Part shown: one piece after another, positions 39,255 to 53,806 of the stretch
How the letters are laid out: every line of letters begins with the position of its first letter
Numbering within the stretch: the stretch's first letter is position 1
DNA from: Octopus vulgaris
Taxonomy: Eukaryota
Length of the DNA: 64,000 bases
Assembly (NCBI GenBank): GCA_951406725.2
Contig: OX597816.1
Location: forward strand, 31,744,001 to 31,808,000
Direction: 5' to 3'
Translations under genes and position numbers: made by a program
Notes under the pieces: model-generated
Seen by the model: the letters and a program-made list of their open reading frames with translations, nothing else
Database searches by the model: none
What the model was told of the DNA's origin: nothing

Positions 39255-39286
<32 letters not shown>
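36258..39286 (+). mobile_element. Young CR1/L2-group LINE with (AATC)n tail inserted in (TA)n
   Basis: Uninterrupted ORF, short 3' UTR, (AATC)n at 39255-39286, (TA)n on both sides. Confidence 0.92.
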
Positions 39287-39288
<2 letters not shown>

Positions 39289-39289
39289 A

Positions 39290-39363
<74 letters not shown>

Positions 39364-39434
39364 CATACATATAGCACTCACAAATTTGATGCCGTCCGCT
39401 GTATAATAACATTCGAATGAAATAATTCATTAAT

Positions 39435-39560
39435 TTACTCACAAAGATTTAGTCGGGTCGAGCTACAATAGAACACACTTTACCAAATTTTCATGTAGTT
39501 GGAAGTAACACGGAACATGTGATTAATAAGCAAGCTTGTATGCACATAGCCGAGCCTGCT
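39435..39560 (-). mobile_element. Degenerate SINE family A head fragment
   Basis: Weak colinear similarity to 61515-61645. Confidence 0.45.
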
Positions 39561-39742
39561 TCATTGCCCACATATAACCATTGAAAACATTAGTTGCCTT
39601 CAAGAATGGAATCCTGTAAATAAATTGTTTTTAAGTACCAAATGTATTTTATTCGAAGTATGAAGTTAAAACTTTGTTCTTATCTCATACAATACAGTCA
39701 TGCATACTAGTAGACAGATATGTTTGACGCATTCACATGAAT

Positions 39743-39773
<31 letters not shown>

Positions 39774-39814
39774 ATATACTTATGTATATATATATATAAA
39801 TATTTATATATATG

Positions 39815-39869
<55 letters not shown>

Positions 39870-40557
39870 CACGTATGTATGTATGTGCATATATGTAAAT
39901 GCACAACTAAACATATATGTGTATATATATATATATATTTATATATATATCACGTTGAATCTTAGCAGTTAGGGCCTTTCAAGAGAATAAAAATATATCT
40001 AAAGGATAGAATATTCAAAAATTTATTTTCCATGTAATACCGCTATTTAAAAGAAGCTATACTGAATGACATCCAATTTGAATTATTGATATATTTGGCA
40101 ATCCCGTAGAAAAGAATATATTTCCAATTATTTTACGTTCATATTTTTTAATGTTTTAATGCCTCCATTCTACATGAAATAATGATGTTTACGTGTCATT
40201 ATTTGAAATTCAACAGGAATATAGGCAAGAATAAAGCAAATATATAATAAGAGGAGAATACTAACAAGTAAATGAAAACGTACTGTTAAACGCCCAAAAA
40301 CTATTTAAGTTCATAAAATGTATAAAACTCTCTCTAAAAGTTGGAATTTCGCAATGGTATTGTAAATCTTTTTCACGTAATGATGTGCAGATATTGCATA
40401 AAATGGTATGTGTACGAAGGACACAAAAGTTGAAATCTGATAGGATTATAATACATTTTTTTATTCATAATAGAACGGCTTTGTTCAGTTTCACTAATTA
40501 AGTGGCTCTTATATGTTCTTTACGGAATGCATCAGCCTACAAATTATGTTGACAGAA

Positions 40558-41170
<613 letters not shown>

Positions 41171-41181
41171 CATTAATATTA

Positions 41182-42317
41182 TTAGGTCTTAAAATATGAA
41201 ATTTGTAGAAAAGATAAAAGTTTGCTAATGTTTTATAAACGCAAGGAATAGTTTTATTCATCAAAGTATGCGCCCATTTTGCCAGTGCACTTTTGCAATT
41301 TCAGCGCGGAATCTTGTGCAGCTGGAAAATGTAACAGCGTGCCAATTTAATGCCAATAAAATTTTGGAAGGCCTGTTATACAGCATCGTTGGAATCAACA
41401 TTTTTCTTATCAAAACGTTATCCAAATTCCGGCAGAAGCGGTAGTCTGTGGGTGCAAGGTCAGGTGAGTATGGTGAATGACTGAGGAACTCCAACTCCAA
41501 ATCCTGTAGTTTCGTCAATGTCATTTTTGCATTGTGTAGTGTGGCGTTGTCTTGCAATAAAATGGGGTGGATCTGTTGACTAATCTAGTCTGTTCTTTTT
41601 TCTTTGGAGTTTCCTACATCATTTGCTGAATTTTGTATTTTGTATTGAGTTTTGGTGGATCGTCCTTGTCCAAGCATTGTGCTGAACTTTTACGGTTGTT
41701 GTATTGGATCCATTTCTCATCACATGTTGCAATTCGATTCAAAAGTGATTCATTTTTGTGACGAGAAAGGAGCATAATGTAGGCTTCCAAATGTAGCTGT
41801 TTGCTGATTTTCATTCAGTTCATGTGGAACCCAGGTATCCAAATTTTTTAATTACCGATTTAAACAAGGTGTGTCAATATTGTTTTCTTGCCAGCACCAA
41901 ACAACAACGATAATTCACGGGCACTTTGATATGGATCTGACTCGACGGTGGCTTTCAGTTCGTCATTATCCACCCTTGTTTCTGGTCGACCGCGTTGCTC
42001 ATTTGTATGATTAAAATTACCAGAACGAGATTTTGCAAACAAATTTGTTACTGTCTACTGTATAATAGCATTCGAATGAAATAATTCATTAATATTCCGA
42101 GCTGTATGTAATGCTGTATTTCCAAGAAAGATCCCATGTTTCAAAACTGTAAACAAAAGTATCAGAAACCACTTTATAAATACTTCATGACAAGCAAAAT
42201 GTGTTGGAATAACGAAATAATAAAAAAATAAAGATTTTGAAGATATAATAATGGAGCAAAATTAGTAGCTGTCAAAGATTACTATATACATTACTACAAA
42301 TTTCATACTTGACCTAA
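41182..42317 (-). mobile_element. Degenerate mariner (Tc1/mariner) transposon with both TIRs and TA target duplication
   Basis: Transposase motifs RGRP...DNDELKA, WVPHEL, TCDEKWI.YNN, QDNA..H and HSPYSPDLAPTDY; TA-TTAGGTC...TATGAAATTTGTAG at 41180-41208 and its imperfect inverse at 42294-42319. Confidence 0.88.
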
Positions 42318-42359
42318 TAATAGCAATAATGATAATAATAACAATAACAATAATAACAC

Positions 42360-43125
42360 CAATAGACAGATCCAAGCTAATCGACCAGAATATATAATTA
42401 AAAAAGAGGTAAAATACTTGAGGACATATTGATGTAAGTGTTCTCACTGATAGAAATATATCATGAAAGGTGTTTGATACATTTAGTAAATATAAAGATC
42501 TGGAATTTGAAATACAAAAGATGCGGCTTTTTAAAAAGTTTCATCGGTACAGATCGCAAGGATCTTCAGCAATGATAAATGCATGGGATTAGTCATAGAT
42601 AATTGTGAAATATTATTTATGAGTAGGTAACATTTAGTCAAGAGCGAACGCATCGAATTACCAGGTAGCCAATCATTAAAGGCCGAGGGGGATATAAGTA
42701 TCTGGACGTAATAGCATCTGACTGAGTACTAAGTATAGAAATGAAATGAAAACGAAAATTGAGAAGTACATCAGATGGTTGAAGAAGCTAATGAAGTCAC
42801 ATCAAATGGTCCGAATATAGTGAAGGCTGTTAATACTTGGCTTGGGCGCTATCATTTATTATATATCAGCAGCTTTTGTAGATTAGGAATAAAACTGAAT
42901 CAGTGAATCTAAAGCGAAGTACAAGGAAGGAATTAAATATGAATGGAGGACACCCACAAGGGCAGTATTACAAGAATATACCTACCTAGAAAGGAAGTTG
43001 GGATAGGGTTAATATCGGTAGAAGACTACATAGAGATAGGTAGAGTAGATACAGAATCCTATGTAGGTAATGGTAGAGAAAGTTTGTAAATGCTGCTAGA
43101 GTCACAGCATGGCATAGGGCTATCA
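42360..43125 (+). pseudogene. R4/Dong-like LINE fragments (RLE piece, then post-RT piece)
   Basis: Coding remnants RQIQANRP...IDVSV..D.N...KYKDLEFEIQK (42365-42525) and GYKYL...NIVKAVNTW (42690-42845). Confidence 0.6.
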
Positions 43126-43630
43126 AAAACCCCAAACGCCTATGCTCCGTGCTGTTTCCCCAACGTACGTCGTTGTCTTATTACAGCACCGTCTCTCTGT
43201 ACATCTTATACTATAGACTACATTCCTAGCTTTACAGTTTATTTGTGGGCTAAATCTACATACAGTACATTCCCTATCAGTACAGAGGTTTCTACTAAAA
43301 GGGTAGGTTCTACCGATTAGGGATTTAATAGGGTTATCTGGTCTTTCTACAACATTAAGTATTAGCGTAAGTTTGTTTAGGGCTCTTCTGAAGTGGTTCG
43401 CAGTTCGCATTTATGGGTGGTGTCGACGATTATGACACTCTGGTATTTGTGACTAACATACTATGAGTTGGCCTTCCCTATATTTTTCTTTCAATAGTTT
43501 TCCATGTCTTGCTCCTATAGAGTGGGCAAATCCCATTCCTATCTTTACGTATGATAGGTTCAAACTTCCTCATGGCTCCTTTGTATACTTTGATCATTTC
43601 TCTATGGCTGTATCCTGAGAACTGCATGTA
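43125..43630 (-). pseudogene. Naiad-like PLE fragment (thumb/linker plus GIY-YIG N-half)
   Basis: SGYS....KG.......G..PLYRSK.WK..ERK (ORF 43478-43711) and PF..NLC....C.VC....NCKARNVVYSIRC...C....YVGETARS (ORF 43123-43410). Confidence 0.7.
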
Positions 43631-45466
43631 TATATGTGTATGTGTGTGTGTATGTGCATACATAATAATTCTGATTAAAAATAAGCTTTTTACAGAATAT
43701 ATAAACCTCATTTGTTATTTACATGTAATGCTATACAAATTCTGATGACCAGTTTGTATTTTGTCAGTTATATTTTAGTAATAGTATGTCTCAGCATGAC
43801 TACTTAATGAAATATTAACGAGAGTGTGATAAAGTAGAATTCTTTTGGAAATGTTTTCTCAATTGATTTGTTACCAGTGATATATTTCTTTTGCAGTATG
43901 CACACATGCTCAGACATAAACGTAGTATGAAGATTACATCAAAACCTCTTACATAGAAATCTGTCCTCCGCCATCTCATAATCACTAAAATACTAAACAT
44001 ACTAATAGTATAAGGATAATGTGAATTGGTAAACTGTTTTTTTCTTAATCGAGCTTTCTGTACCACTACATATATTCTCTGGAATGTTGTCTATTACAAA
44101 CCCTTCACACAACATATGGCCAGAGGATTTGTGGGCACAAAATAAACCTTTCATTACATTTATCTGTATAAGGGAGCTATATTTTTTTATATAGTGCTCC
44201 TAAGAGTAAGAGAGTGAATGTGTGAACTGTTTATACAGTGAATCGTAATTAGATTTCAAAATTAGAACATCTATCATGAAATCTGTATTAAAAATCATTA
44301 ATATTAAAATGTTATAGAAATATAAATGCGAAAATCTTAATCACAACAGCTGAATATAATTTGTTAAAGGTTCCTTCACTGGCATACCTAGGTCAATTCA
44401 TGTGTCACATTCAATATTTATATCCTTTATAGAAAACATATTTCTAGTAGTTTTCATGGAAAACGACCTTTTAATAATTTTCGACATTTTCACGTAGAAA
44501 CACCACTTATTCAAAGCATTACATTAGAATGTGCTTATTTGATTCAGAGTGAATGCCAAAACGTTTAAAAATATTAGCCCACTGATACTGTAAAATAATT
44601 TCTATATTACTTTCTGTATTACTCCCTGCGTAAGTAGACCTAAATGCAGAAATACAAACATGCATACATAAAAACGTGTGTGGATTTACTTATGTATTTA
44701 TTCATCTATGGCGAAGGCATTTACATTTAGTGATTGTGTTTCTAAGTTGGTTAATTTGCAGTACTATTTTAGAACATTTGACATTTGATTTCTTGTTGAG
44801 TAGCATTTAAAAGGAAACATGTGGCCCACTATGTTTGCTATATTTGAATTTTCTCTGCCAATTTCTTCCGAGTGGAATTGCCAATAGCGATCTAGTTCAA
44901 TCAGAATGTGACTTGCAGAATTATTTAGAAAGCTTTTAGGAAGGAAGAGTTTTAAGTCAAATATGCATGAACAAAGAACGAAAATATTTCCTAAGAATCA
45001 GAGAGAAAAAAATAATAAAAGAGAAAGAAAAAATACCAAAATCCTCTGTCTGCACAATTTCTTTCAAATCTGGTACATTTATTTCTACGACAAAAAAAGA
45101 AAATTGTTTTTCATTTATATTCAGTACATTTGATTTGCTAAATATAGCATTACTCGTTCAACGTTTGTTTATAACAAAAATGCGTCATCAATTGTGAAAA
45201 CTTTCGGGCGCACAAGAATGCGCGCGGAGACGGGTGTACAGAAAATCACGTACACATTCAGATTCATACTAAATCAAAAACAAAGGTACAGTCATGGGTG
45301 TGTATGTGTGTGTGTGTGTGTGAGTGTTTGTGTGTGATTGTCTGTGTTCGTCTCTGCGTATATATATATATTTATATAAAATTAATTTAGGGTAGAAATT
45401 GATATTTATCAATTAGAACCAGTGGTCTAGCATATTAAAAAAAAAGAATCCGAAGATTAAAATATT

Positions 45467-45636
45467 TATATATACCAATTAAGGACTGAACACGAAAAGT
45501 GGACAGTCAACATGCTAGATATAGACGTCAAATCCCCATTCTCCACATAATCTTTTGTGGAGAATGGCGATTTGACGTCTATATCTAGCATGTTGACTGT
45601 CCACTTTTCGTGTTCAGTCCTTAATTGGTATATATA
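45467..45636. repeat. Near-perfect hairpin palindrome, 81-bp arms, 8-nt loop
   Basis: 45467-45547 is the reverse complement of 45556-45636 with one mismatch. Confidence 0.92.
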
Positions 45637-48600
45637 TTTATATATAGGTGTATGTATAAATGTATGTATTCAAGCTGTTACAGGGATATACGCTAACTAA
45701 TGCCTCTCGAAATGTTTCCATGAAATCTTCGCACATATATACGCAAATAAACACAGACAAACACCCAGGTACGCACACACATATACACACACAAATTCAC
45801 ACTCACATACACGTATATATATATATAACATATTGGTGAATGAGAAAGAGAGAGAACTTCTGAGAATACTACTTAAACAAAAATATAATGAATATTCGAT
45901 GCAGAGCCACAAACCCGGGCTGCTCTGCCAGTGAAGTGTAAAATCAGATATAGCCGAGGAAACAGATACAAAAGCTGTCTAAAATTATTTTATATACACA
46001 CAACTTACGTATACAATCTCGGTGTACTGAAATGAAACGTCGTTTTCTAAATATATAAGTGTTAAAATATAAGAACATAGGCTTAAATATTTCGTGAGAA
46101 ATAGTAGACTGTCCGGCACCATGCAAATCTTTCCTGAATTTGTATATGACAGGGAATACAACCTGAACATATAATTATCACATTGTTTTACAATAGAAGT
46201 AAGACAACATAACGCAGTTGCCACCGAAATAAATTCTTCTACAACACATTTTCTGAACTCCAAAGAAGTAAAGTACCGTCACCTCTGTACGCGCAGAATA
46301 TGTATTGTTACTAATACGAATCAAACACCAAAAGCTAACCCAAGCAATACTATTGGTATACAAAACACATGTATATATGCTTACACGTTAAAAGAAAGAA
46401 ATATATTATAAAATCTTAGCAGGAAAAAAATGCCTACACACAGCCAGCCAATCGAAGCAAATACCGTACATTGTGCACGCACAATTATATGAACTACACT
46501 CATGTAAACACACACAAAAACACACAGAGACACACACATACACACACTCTCTCTCTCTTTCTTTCTCTCTCCTACTTTCTTTCTCTCTCTCTCTCTCCCT
46601 CTCTTTATTTGGCATTCACACACACGGAGAGGTGCAGAGGAATCTTTATTGTTGGCAGAACACATTTCCAGAGAGAGGATTCCTCAACAAGGTGTAAGCT
46701 AAAAAAATCAGAAAGAAACAAGATTTGATCGCAAAACATATAAACGTTGAAAGACGCGCACATTAAGGAATCTGAAAAAAAAAAAAGAATCGAAATTACC
46801 CTACCGGAAATTATTGATACTAATGATCAGTTGAAATAAAAATAACCACATACATATAAGTCTAGAATCATTTTAAACTAGCAAATTGAAGCTCATATAT
46901 TCACATAATCGTGTTTACTTACTATTTGCCCAAATTTCTTAATTATCATTCATATTACCGGCACAATAAGACAGATTTCGAATAACTTCCCAAACTATAA
47001 TATATCGTAATTGAAACTTCTGGCTACACTGTCTAAAAGACAGCCATGTGCTCACGTTCCTTATAAACAGGTCATGTTAGTGACATTAACACTAATATTC
47101 AACATATTAGCAACATTGTGAAACATGTTGTTATATTATATTCAATAGACATTAAGCCACAAAACAAAATACACAGTTTTAACATGCACCAACATTTAAG
47201 TGAAAATAAGCATTGAAACATTAGGCATCAGAATAAAAAGCCGATCAAAACATGAAACATAAATCACTTTAGATTTTCTAGAAGTGTAAAGAATGTTTTA
47301 TATAATAGCCAGGTAAATAAATATCTGGTTTGTCTAATATAATGTTTGGGTGATTACGCATTTATCAACTGAATGATACAAATTACAAAACTATAGAACC
47401 TATATATATATTATGCAACTTGAAATCGTGCCGAGTATATCGCAAGAGAAACCCCAAGTACTAGACTGCATTGTCCTCGTAAATATAAATAAATTTTGGA
47501 TATTTCCGTGACACTTTCTAACTAAACTCGTATCCTAAATTCCCCGAGATTAACTGAAACCATCTCAATCCTGAAATTCATTTGGGATATTGTGATCTAT
47601 TGTTAGAAGCGGAGCTGCTAATATACACGAGGATGTCGACATGGCGTCTAATCTTTTAGTGATATATATGGTAACACGCTTATCTTACATACTAAAAGGA
47701 AAATTGGTATGTTTAATTTATCTGGCTTATTGTAATATCAAGAGGTGTAGGGGCATTGAAAAAATGCTCATTATTTCTTGAATATTTTTTTTTCCGAATC
47801 CGACATACGCACAAGATTAAATCATTAGCATACATCATGCGAACTATTAATATATTGTTAGATTTTGCATTAAAATTATTCAAATTATACAATTCGCTTA
47901 CTTTGGACCAGCAATCAAAGATGAATAGAAACAGGCTATAAGTTAACTATCAGTTACATCTACAACGTACATGGAGTAAAATCCTGTCAAATGCCAAAGC
48001 GGTTCTTTTTCCATGTGACTGTAAAATGCTGGATATTCTGTTGTGGAGGTCGTAACTACTGACGATTACACATTTTTAGCAATTGTTGAAATATAGTGAA
48101 TGCTCCAAATTCTTCTTTTGTGTGATGTAGATGATCCTGGTGACACCTGGCTGTACAGGGATTGAAAAGAGAATTCTTACAGACACCAGTTGGGCGATGA
48201 GCATGTGTGTTTGTGTGTGTGTGTGTGTGAATGTGTGTGTGTGTGCGTATGTTTGTATGCATGTGTGTGTGGCGGGGCATGTTATAATTATTATATGAAA
48301 ACGTGAGTATGCGAAAGTGATTCTTTTGTGTCCTCTGTGTGTATGTGTGTGTGAGATGGGGGCATTGTGTGTACACGTGGTATTTGGAAGTGTGAAACAG
48401 GTACATGAATACGCGTGGGAGAGTATCAATGTATGAGTTTACACGCATGCTCATGTCCGAATCCGCTGGTATCTGCTGTATATATGCAAGTGTGTATATA
48501 TATTTGTGCATGTGCGATGTTGTGTATGTAGGTATGCATACGTATTTGGCTTTGTATGCATGAGCGTGTGTACGCGTGAATACGTCTGGGATGCGTGTTT

Positions 48601-48960
48601 CTATGTGTCTCTGTAGTTGTGTTGGCAGATATTTGTGTGTGAGGACATGCATGAATGATTGCATGTATGTTTATGTCTGGTATTTATAAGTGGGGTGAGC
48701 TCGTCTGGTGCCTTTCCGGGTGTGAGAACATACAGGATTTGTTTGTGAATACGTGTGTGTAATGATGTGTTGGTGGATTTCATTTTGTTGCACACAGGGA
48801 TAGCAGAATTATTGGGGGGTTAACAAGATATTTTTCGGAGCTAGGAGAGGAATAGAAAACAGTAAAAGCAATATGCACATATACCTGTAAACACACGTAC
48901 ACACACACACACACACACACACGTACACATATGCTCATACATACACAGATATATAATATA

Positions 48961-49011
<51 letters not shown>

Positions 49012-50927
49012 ACATACATAAAGAAATCAATAATAACATACACTAGATGATTGTCATACAGGTACAGCTGATTTTTACGCATTTTTTTTTAATAAAAGAA
49101 TGAGCGCTTTACTTCATTATAAAGAAATTAACCTTAACTTTGCCTAGACGGACCCCAGCTACATCCATGTAGTATTTTGGAATATTCTTTTGTTAGCAAA
49201 ATTAAGTTTTATCTCACGATTATGGTATTTTGTAGTAGGGTAGTGTTCTCATTCTTCCATTAAAAAGATGCGTAAGCAGCGTTTGTAAAGAGCTGACAAT
49301 TATCCACTGCTGGTTATTATACATTTAATTATAATACACCACGGGGATTTACGACTTCTCAAACATCTTACCGTACACCAACAGCTTACTATTCAAAATC
49401 ATGCGTGTTTTGGACCAGCCCCTAGGCGCTAAATTCCCACAGGGTTGCTTTTTTTCTGTGTACTTAACTAGAATATTCTATTTGATACTTACTAAACATA
49501 AACCAGAACCACAGGTTTATGCAAGCCTACCTGCTGCATATCTTTTGAAGTACTTGATTCTTACTGGATTCTTATTTTACTATATACTTACACACGCAGA
49601 TAAACACTCATACAGATGTATATATATATATGCATATATGTATACATCGTATCTCCGAAAAGCAACAAGGTATTTCAATTGAACGTTGATGGAATATTTG
49701 TAGATTTTTAAGCAAAAAGACTAACAAGTCCGGGTTTCGTATAAGTAAGTTGGTGCCCTGTCGATTATACTCCATACAGTCTTAAGGAAATTACTATATT
49801 AATGGCAAAGTCATCACGTATAACAAGAGAGGGAGGGGACGTTTTTCCTCTTCGCTGCGCCTGAGGAAATGCACGCGTATATAACTTCTTGTGAAGTTAT
49901 TGGGCATCAAGTCAATTTTGTGCTTTATGCCGTTGGATGGCCTAAATCTGGATATGCGGAACACAGCACTGGAAAGGCAGGGTCCTTCTTGAGGATACAC
50001 ACCCATAGGTACACACGTAAATGATACATACCTCCACACAAACACACACACATATTTCCACGAATTAACCAATGTTGCCGGCGTGCATTTGACCTCAGGG
50101 AGAGCCCAAACCTATACCAATCTCACAGGCTGACTGATAGTTCACACATACGACGGTAGCTGGTATTATAATACTTCCCTCTTCATTATGTAACTATATA
50201 TATATTTATGTGTGTGTATGTCTGTGTGTGTGTGTGTGTGTGTGATAGCGTATGGGTTAATGATTGGGGGTCGTAAGTACTATAACCGGCAACAAGTTGT
50301 TTTCTTAAGCAAAATATTGTATCTAACGTTGGGACTATACACACAGCGGTTAGAAATGTGTCCCGATAAATTTCCCTGAGAACTACGTTAAGGATACCCC
50401 CTTGTTAGTTTAGTGCACAATCACTCATACTTTAATATCACGAGCATCATTTTTAGTTGATATATATAGAGATATAGATAGATATAATACTCATGTATAT
50501 GCGTCTGTGTGTGTGTTTGTGTGCGTGCGTGTATGTGTCTGTGTATGGTTGCATGCGCATGTTTATAGTGACACATGCACAATTTAAATCTGTAAACAAA
50601 TTGTGAATACATTCGTATTTCACTCTATGCTTTCCCTAGTTACTCTTTATCTTCTTCACTCCCGAGTGTACATTCATTTTACATCCATATTAATCCCAGG
50701 AACGATTCACTTTTTTCTCCCATTCTAGACTTATCAATAATTTACAAGCTTGACGGAGAAAAGATTAATAATTGATAAGGTTTTTTTCAATGATAAACTG
50801 TTTAAGAGACAGGAAAGAAAAATTATTATTTTGTGCAATCGTAACAGTAGGAGAAAAATAATGCGTCCACACATTTTATAGATGTATTTGCTTTTAGGAA
50901 TCTTATAACCGTAATTATAAACATATG

Positions 50928-50980
<53 letters not shown>

Positions 50981-52124
50981 TGTGTGTGTGTGCGTGCACA
51001 CACATGAACACATGCATATAAATACATGTGTGTATGTCCGTGTACGAGGAAATGAGATGTCAAAGGAATAAGCGATGAAGTTCATAAGATAATTGTTTAT
51101 TTCTTTATCATCTCATTCTCTTATTGCCGCCCTGTAATCACCAACGCTACTTTCTGAAGCGTTAGTAAGTTGTACACTACTGTATGTGTATTGAATTCTC
51201 CACAAGGTTTCTGTCATGATATGTAAGCAATACACACACACACGTTCTCTTTTTAAAACCCTAACGTAATTATTTTTGGAATTTCTAAATTTAAGCTTTA
51301 TTATTTCCTTCTGAAATATTTCATTTCATTGTATAATTATACAATATGTTCAGATACGCACCCCTTTCGTGACATGTATGCACAACTGTCTACGCTTAAA
51401 AAACTTCCATCTGCACAGCGTTTGTCGAAATTGGATTCCACCAGACGAGATTCTTGGACGCACACCTTTATAGTTTAAGGTAATTGCGTTATTTCAACGA
51501 AAATGTGCTGAGAGAATTAACTTATAGTGGCCAATGGCATTTGTTAACCTGTCACTAAACAAGCAGCTGCCTTTAGGAATATACCAATTGTCTAGCGTCG
51601 CAGGACAATATTGAGAAGCATTCCATAATTTAAGATGTCAGGAATTAAACCTCTTCCTAGATTCACAGATACAATGCAATTCAAATGTGATAATTCTCTC
51701 ACAATCCGTCATTCCACTCTTCGTGACAATTATACTACGCATGGTATTTACCCCCAATCGATATTTACCCTCAATTTTAGCCTTGTTTGGTAAATTGGTG
51801 TATAATTGAACCTCTTCCTACGAGAGGCACGTGGAGATATTTCTTCCTTAAATTGAGTGTGGCGATTGGTGTTCAACTTGGGCTTGTCATCAACGTTTAA
51901 GAGAAATTTCAGTGGGGTTTTATTGTTGACATACTTCCTACATCATGAATCGAAGTAGGAAAATACTGCTCCACTTGAATATATCTGTTGGTTTGAAGTC
52001 TATATTTCCTTCCAAAGAGGAAAGATAAGATGATCCACTTTCAGTCCTTTAAGATATTGAAAAATCTCAAATTAGGATTGTTAAGTTTAGCCCAACCTTT
52101 ATCTGGTCATTTCAATATGTATAA

Positions 52125-52169
<45 letters not shown>

Positions 52170-52789
52170 CTTTCTTTCTCTCTCTCCTCCTTTATCTCAC
52201 TCGATCTCTCCAGGCACACAAATTACAAACACGTGCAAGCATACAGACAGGCACATACTAATGAAAACCATATATACACAAATTCAAGTCTACATTCACA
52301 CAAATAGACATGTACACATAATGGTTAAGAAAGAGAGAGAGAGAGAGGGACGCACACACACACATATAGACAGGAGAATGCAGAGTGAGAACGACATGGA
52401 GGGTAATAGAAAGTTGTGCAGATACATGGCAGAGTATGATAAAAAGCATCCACCTTGTGAATATTCCACAGATTGCATTTACTTTCGATTATATTATATT
52501 ATCTATATTCCCGAAGCACAAGAAGTGTGCTTGTGATTTAAAGCATTGTTCAATGCTGCTTCTGGCAACCAAGGAGAGTAAAAAAGAGACGTTGATTCAT
52601 AGGATTTGGCAGACATAATGTTCACAGGATGCATTCGTTTATAAATCCATATATTTGTTCATGCACAAACGTATGCGTATATTTCTACATCGTGTGTCCA
52701 AATGTTGGTATTAGTGTGTCAACGTGAGTCTCCTAGAAAACGCTAACCTAATATAATTCCAAGCAAATGACTGGAAATATACTTTTTTC

Positions 52790-52950
52790 ACATTTTGACA
52801 CCAGGCCACTAAACTTAGGGCAGGTAAACGTTATTTTATCCTACCCGAAAATATGCAAGGCAATGTTGACCTACGCGGAATTTCAACTCAGGACCTAAAG
52901 AAGGACGAAATGCAGCGAAGCATTCTTCCAGGTTCAGTCAGATCGCCGCT
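52790..52950 (-). mobile_element. Degenerate SINE family B fragment
   Basis: gttgacctacgcggaatttcaactcagga...gacgaaatgc resembles the reverse complement of 60300-60420. Confidence 0.5.
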
Positions 52951-53365
52951 ATTAAGACTGCTAATATGAAACTATGAAAATAAATCGACATATATGAAAA
53001 TGCGTAATGTTTATCACATATTACAATTATTACTAGAGTCTCCCAAATGTTTGTGTGTGTGTGTGTTGTTTCCTGTGAGTGTATTTGTCTGTCTGTCTTT
53101 GTAAATTTGTGTGCGTGTCGATAAATTTAACAGTTCATTAGAGCTGTTAGCAGGCAATAAATTATTCATTCGAGCGTTGGTTAATTGCAAAAAAAGAATA
53201 TTTTTCTCTTAATTCTAAACAAAAAATTTTATTGTATTGCAGTGTATCACATCACTATATTTCATGTGCATCTCATTAGGACTTTCTTCCCCTGGGCTCG
53301 ATAAATGCCAATATCGTATATTAGGTCGTACTTTTTAAAAGACGGGTCATTCCTTTTGTAACATA

Positions 53366-53414
<49 letters not shown>

Positions 53415-53760
53415 TAGCTGAAGAACCCATTGTTTCTAGGAGATTTCACAAGCAATATATCGCCTTCAATTCGATCTTTTCTATTGCAAGACAAACCATG
53501 TTGTACCCTATGCATAGAACACTAGATAAAGTCATTTAACTATGATTTCTTAAGAAAGTATCTCATATATCGTCTAACCTGATTCATATTTTGTCCACCC
53601 CTTCACACATTACTGTGAAGATTTGAGCGTGAATTATTAAGTTGTGTATGTATGAAAAAAACAAAAAAAAACATTGACCTCTTATTTTCAAGGGGCATAA
53701 CTCTAATGAGTAACTTGCAATATAAGTCATATCAAGAGAGAGAGATGAGCAGCATACATG

Positions 53761-53806
<46 letters not shown>

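Noticed and set aside
45195-46700. Small CpG-rich patch, a CCAAT and a possible splice donor suggesting a host promoter or first exon
   Set aside because: Short motifs expected by chance; no coding or transcript support is visible.
48056-48664. 202-aa minus-strand ORF
   Set aside because: Mostly decayed (CA)n-derived His/Thr sequence with no recognisable domain.
49722-49790. Minus-strand CTGTATGGA-GTATAA...TTATAC-GAAACCCGG hammerhead-like motif
   Set aside because: A stem II is present, but the core and stems I/III are not convincing.
53412-53760. ACTAG-initiated segment after (TA)n resembling a rolling-circle element end
   Set aside because: The subterminal hairpin is degraded and no second end can be defined.
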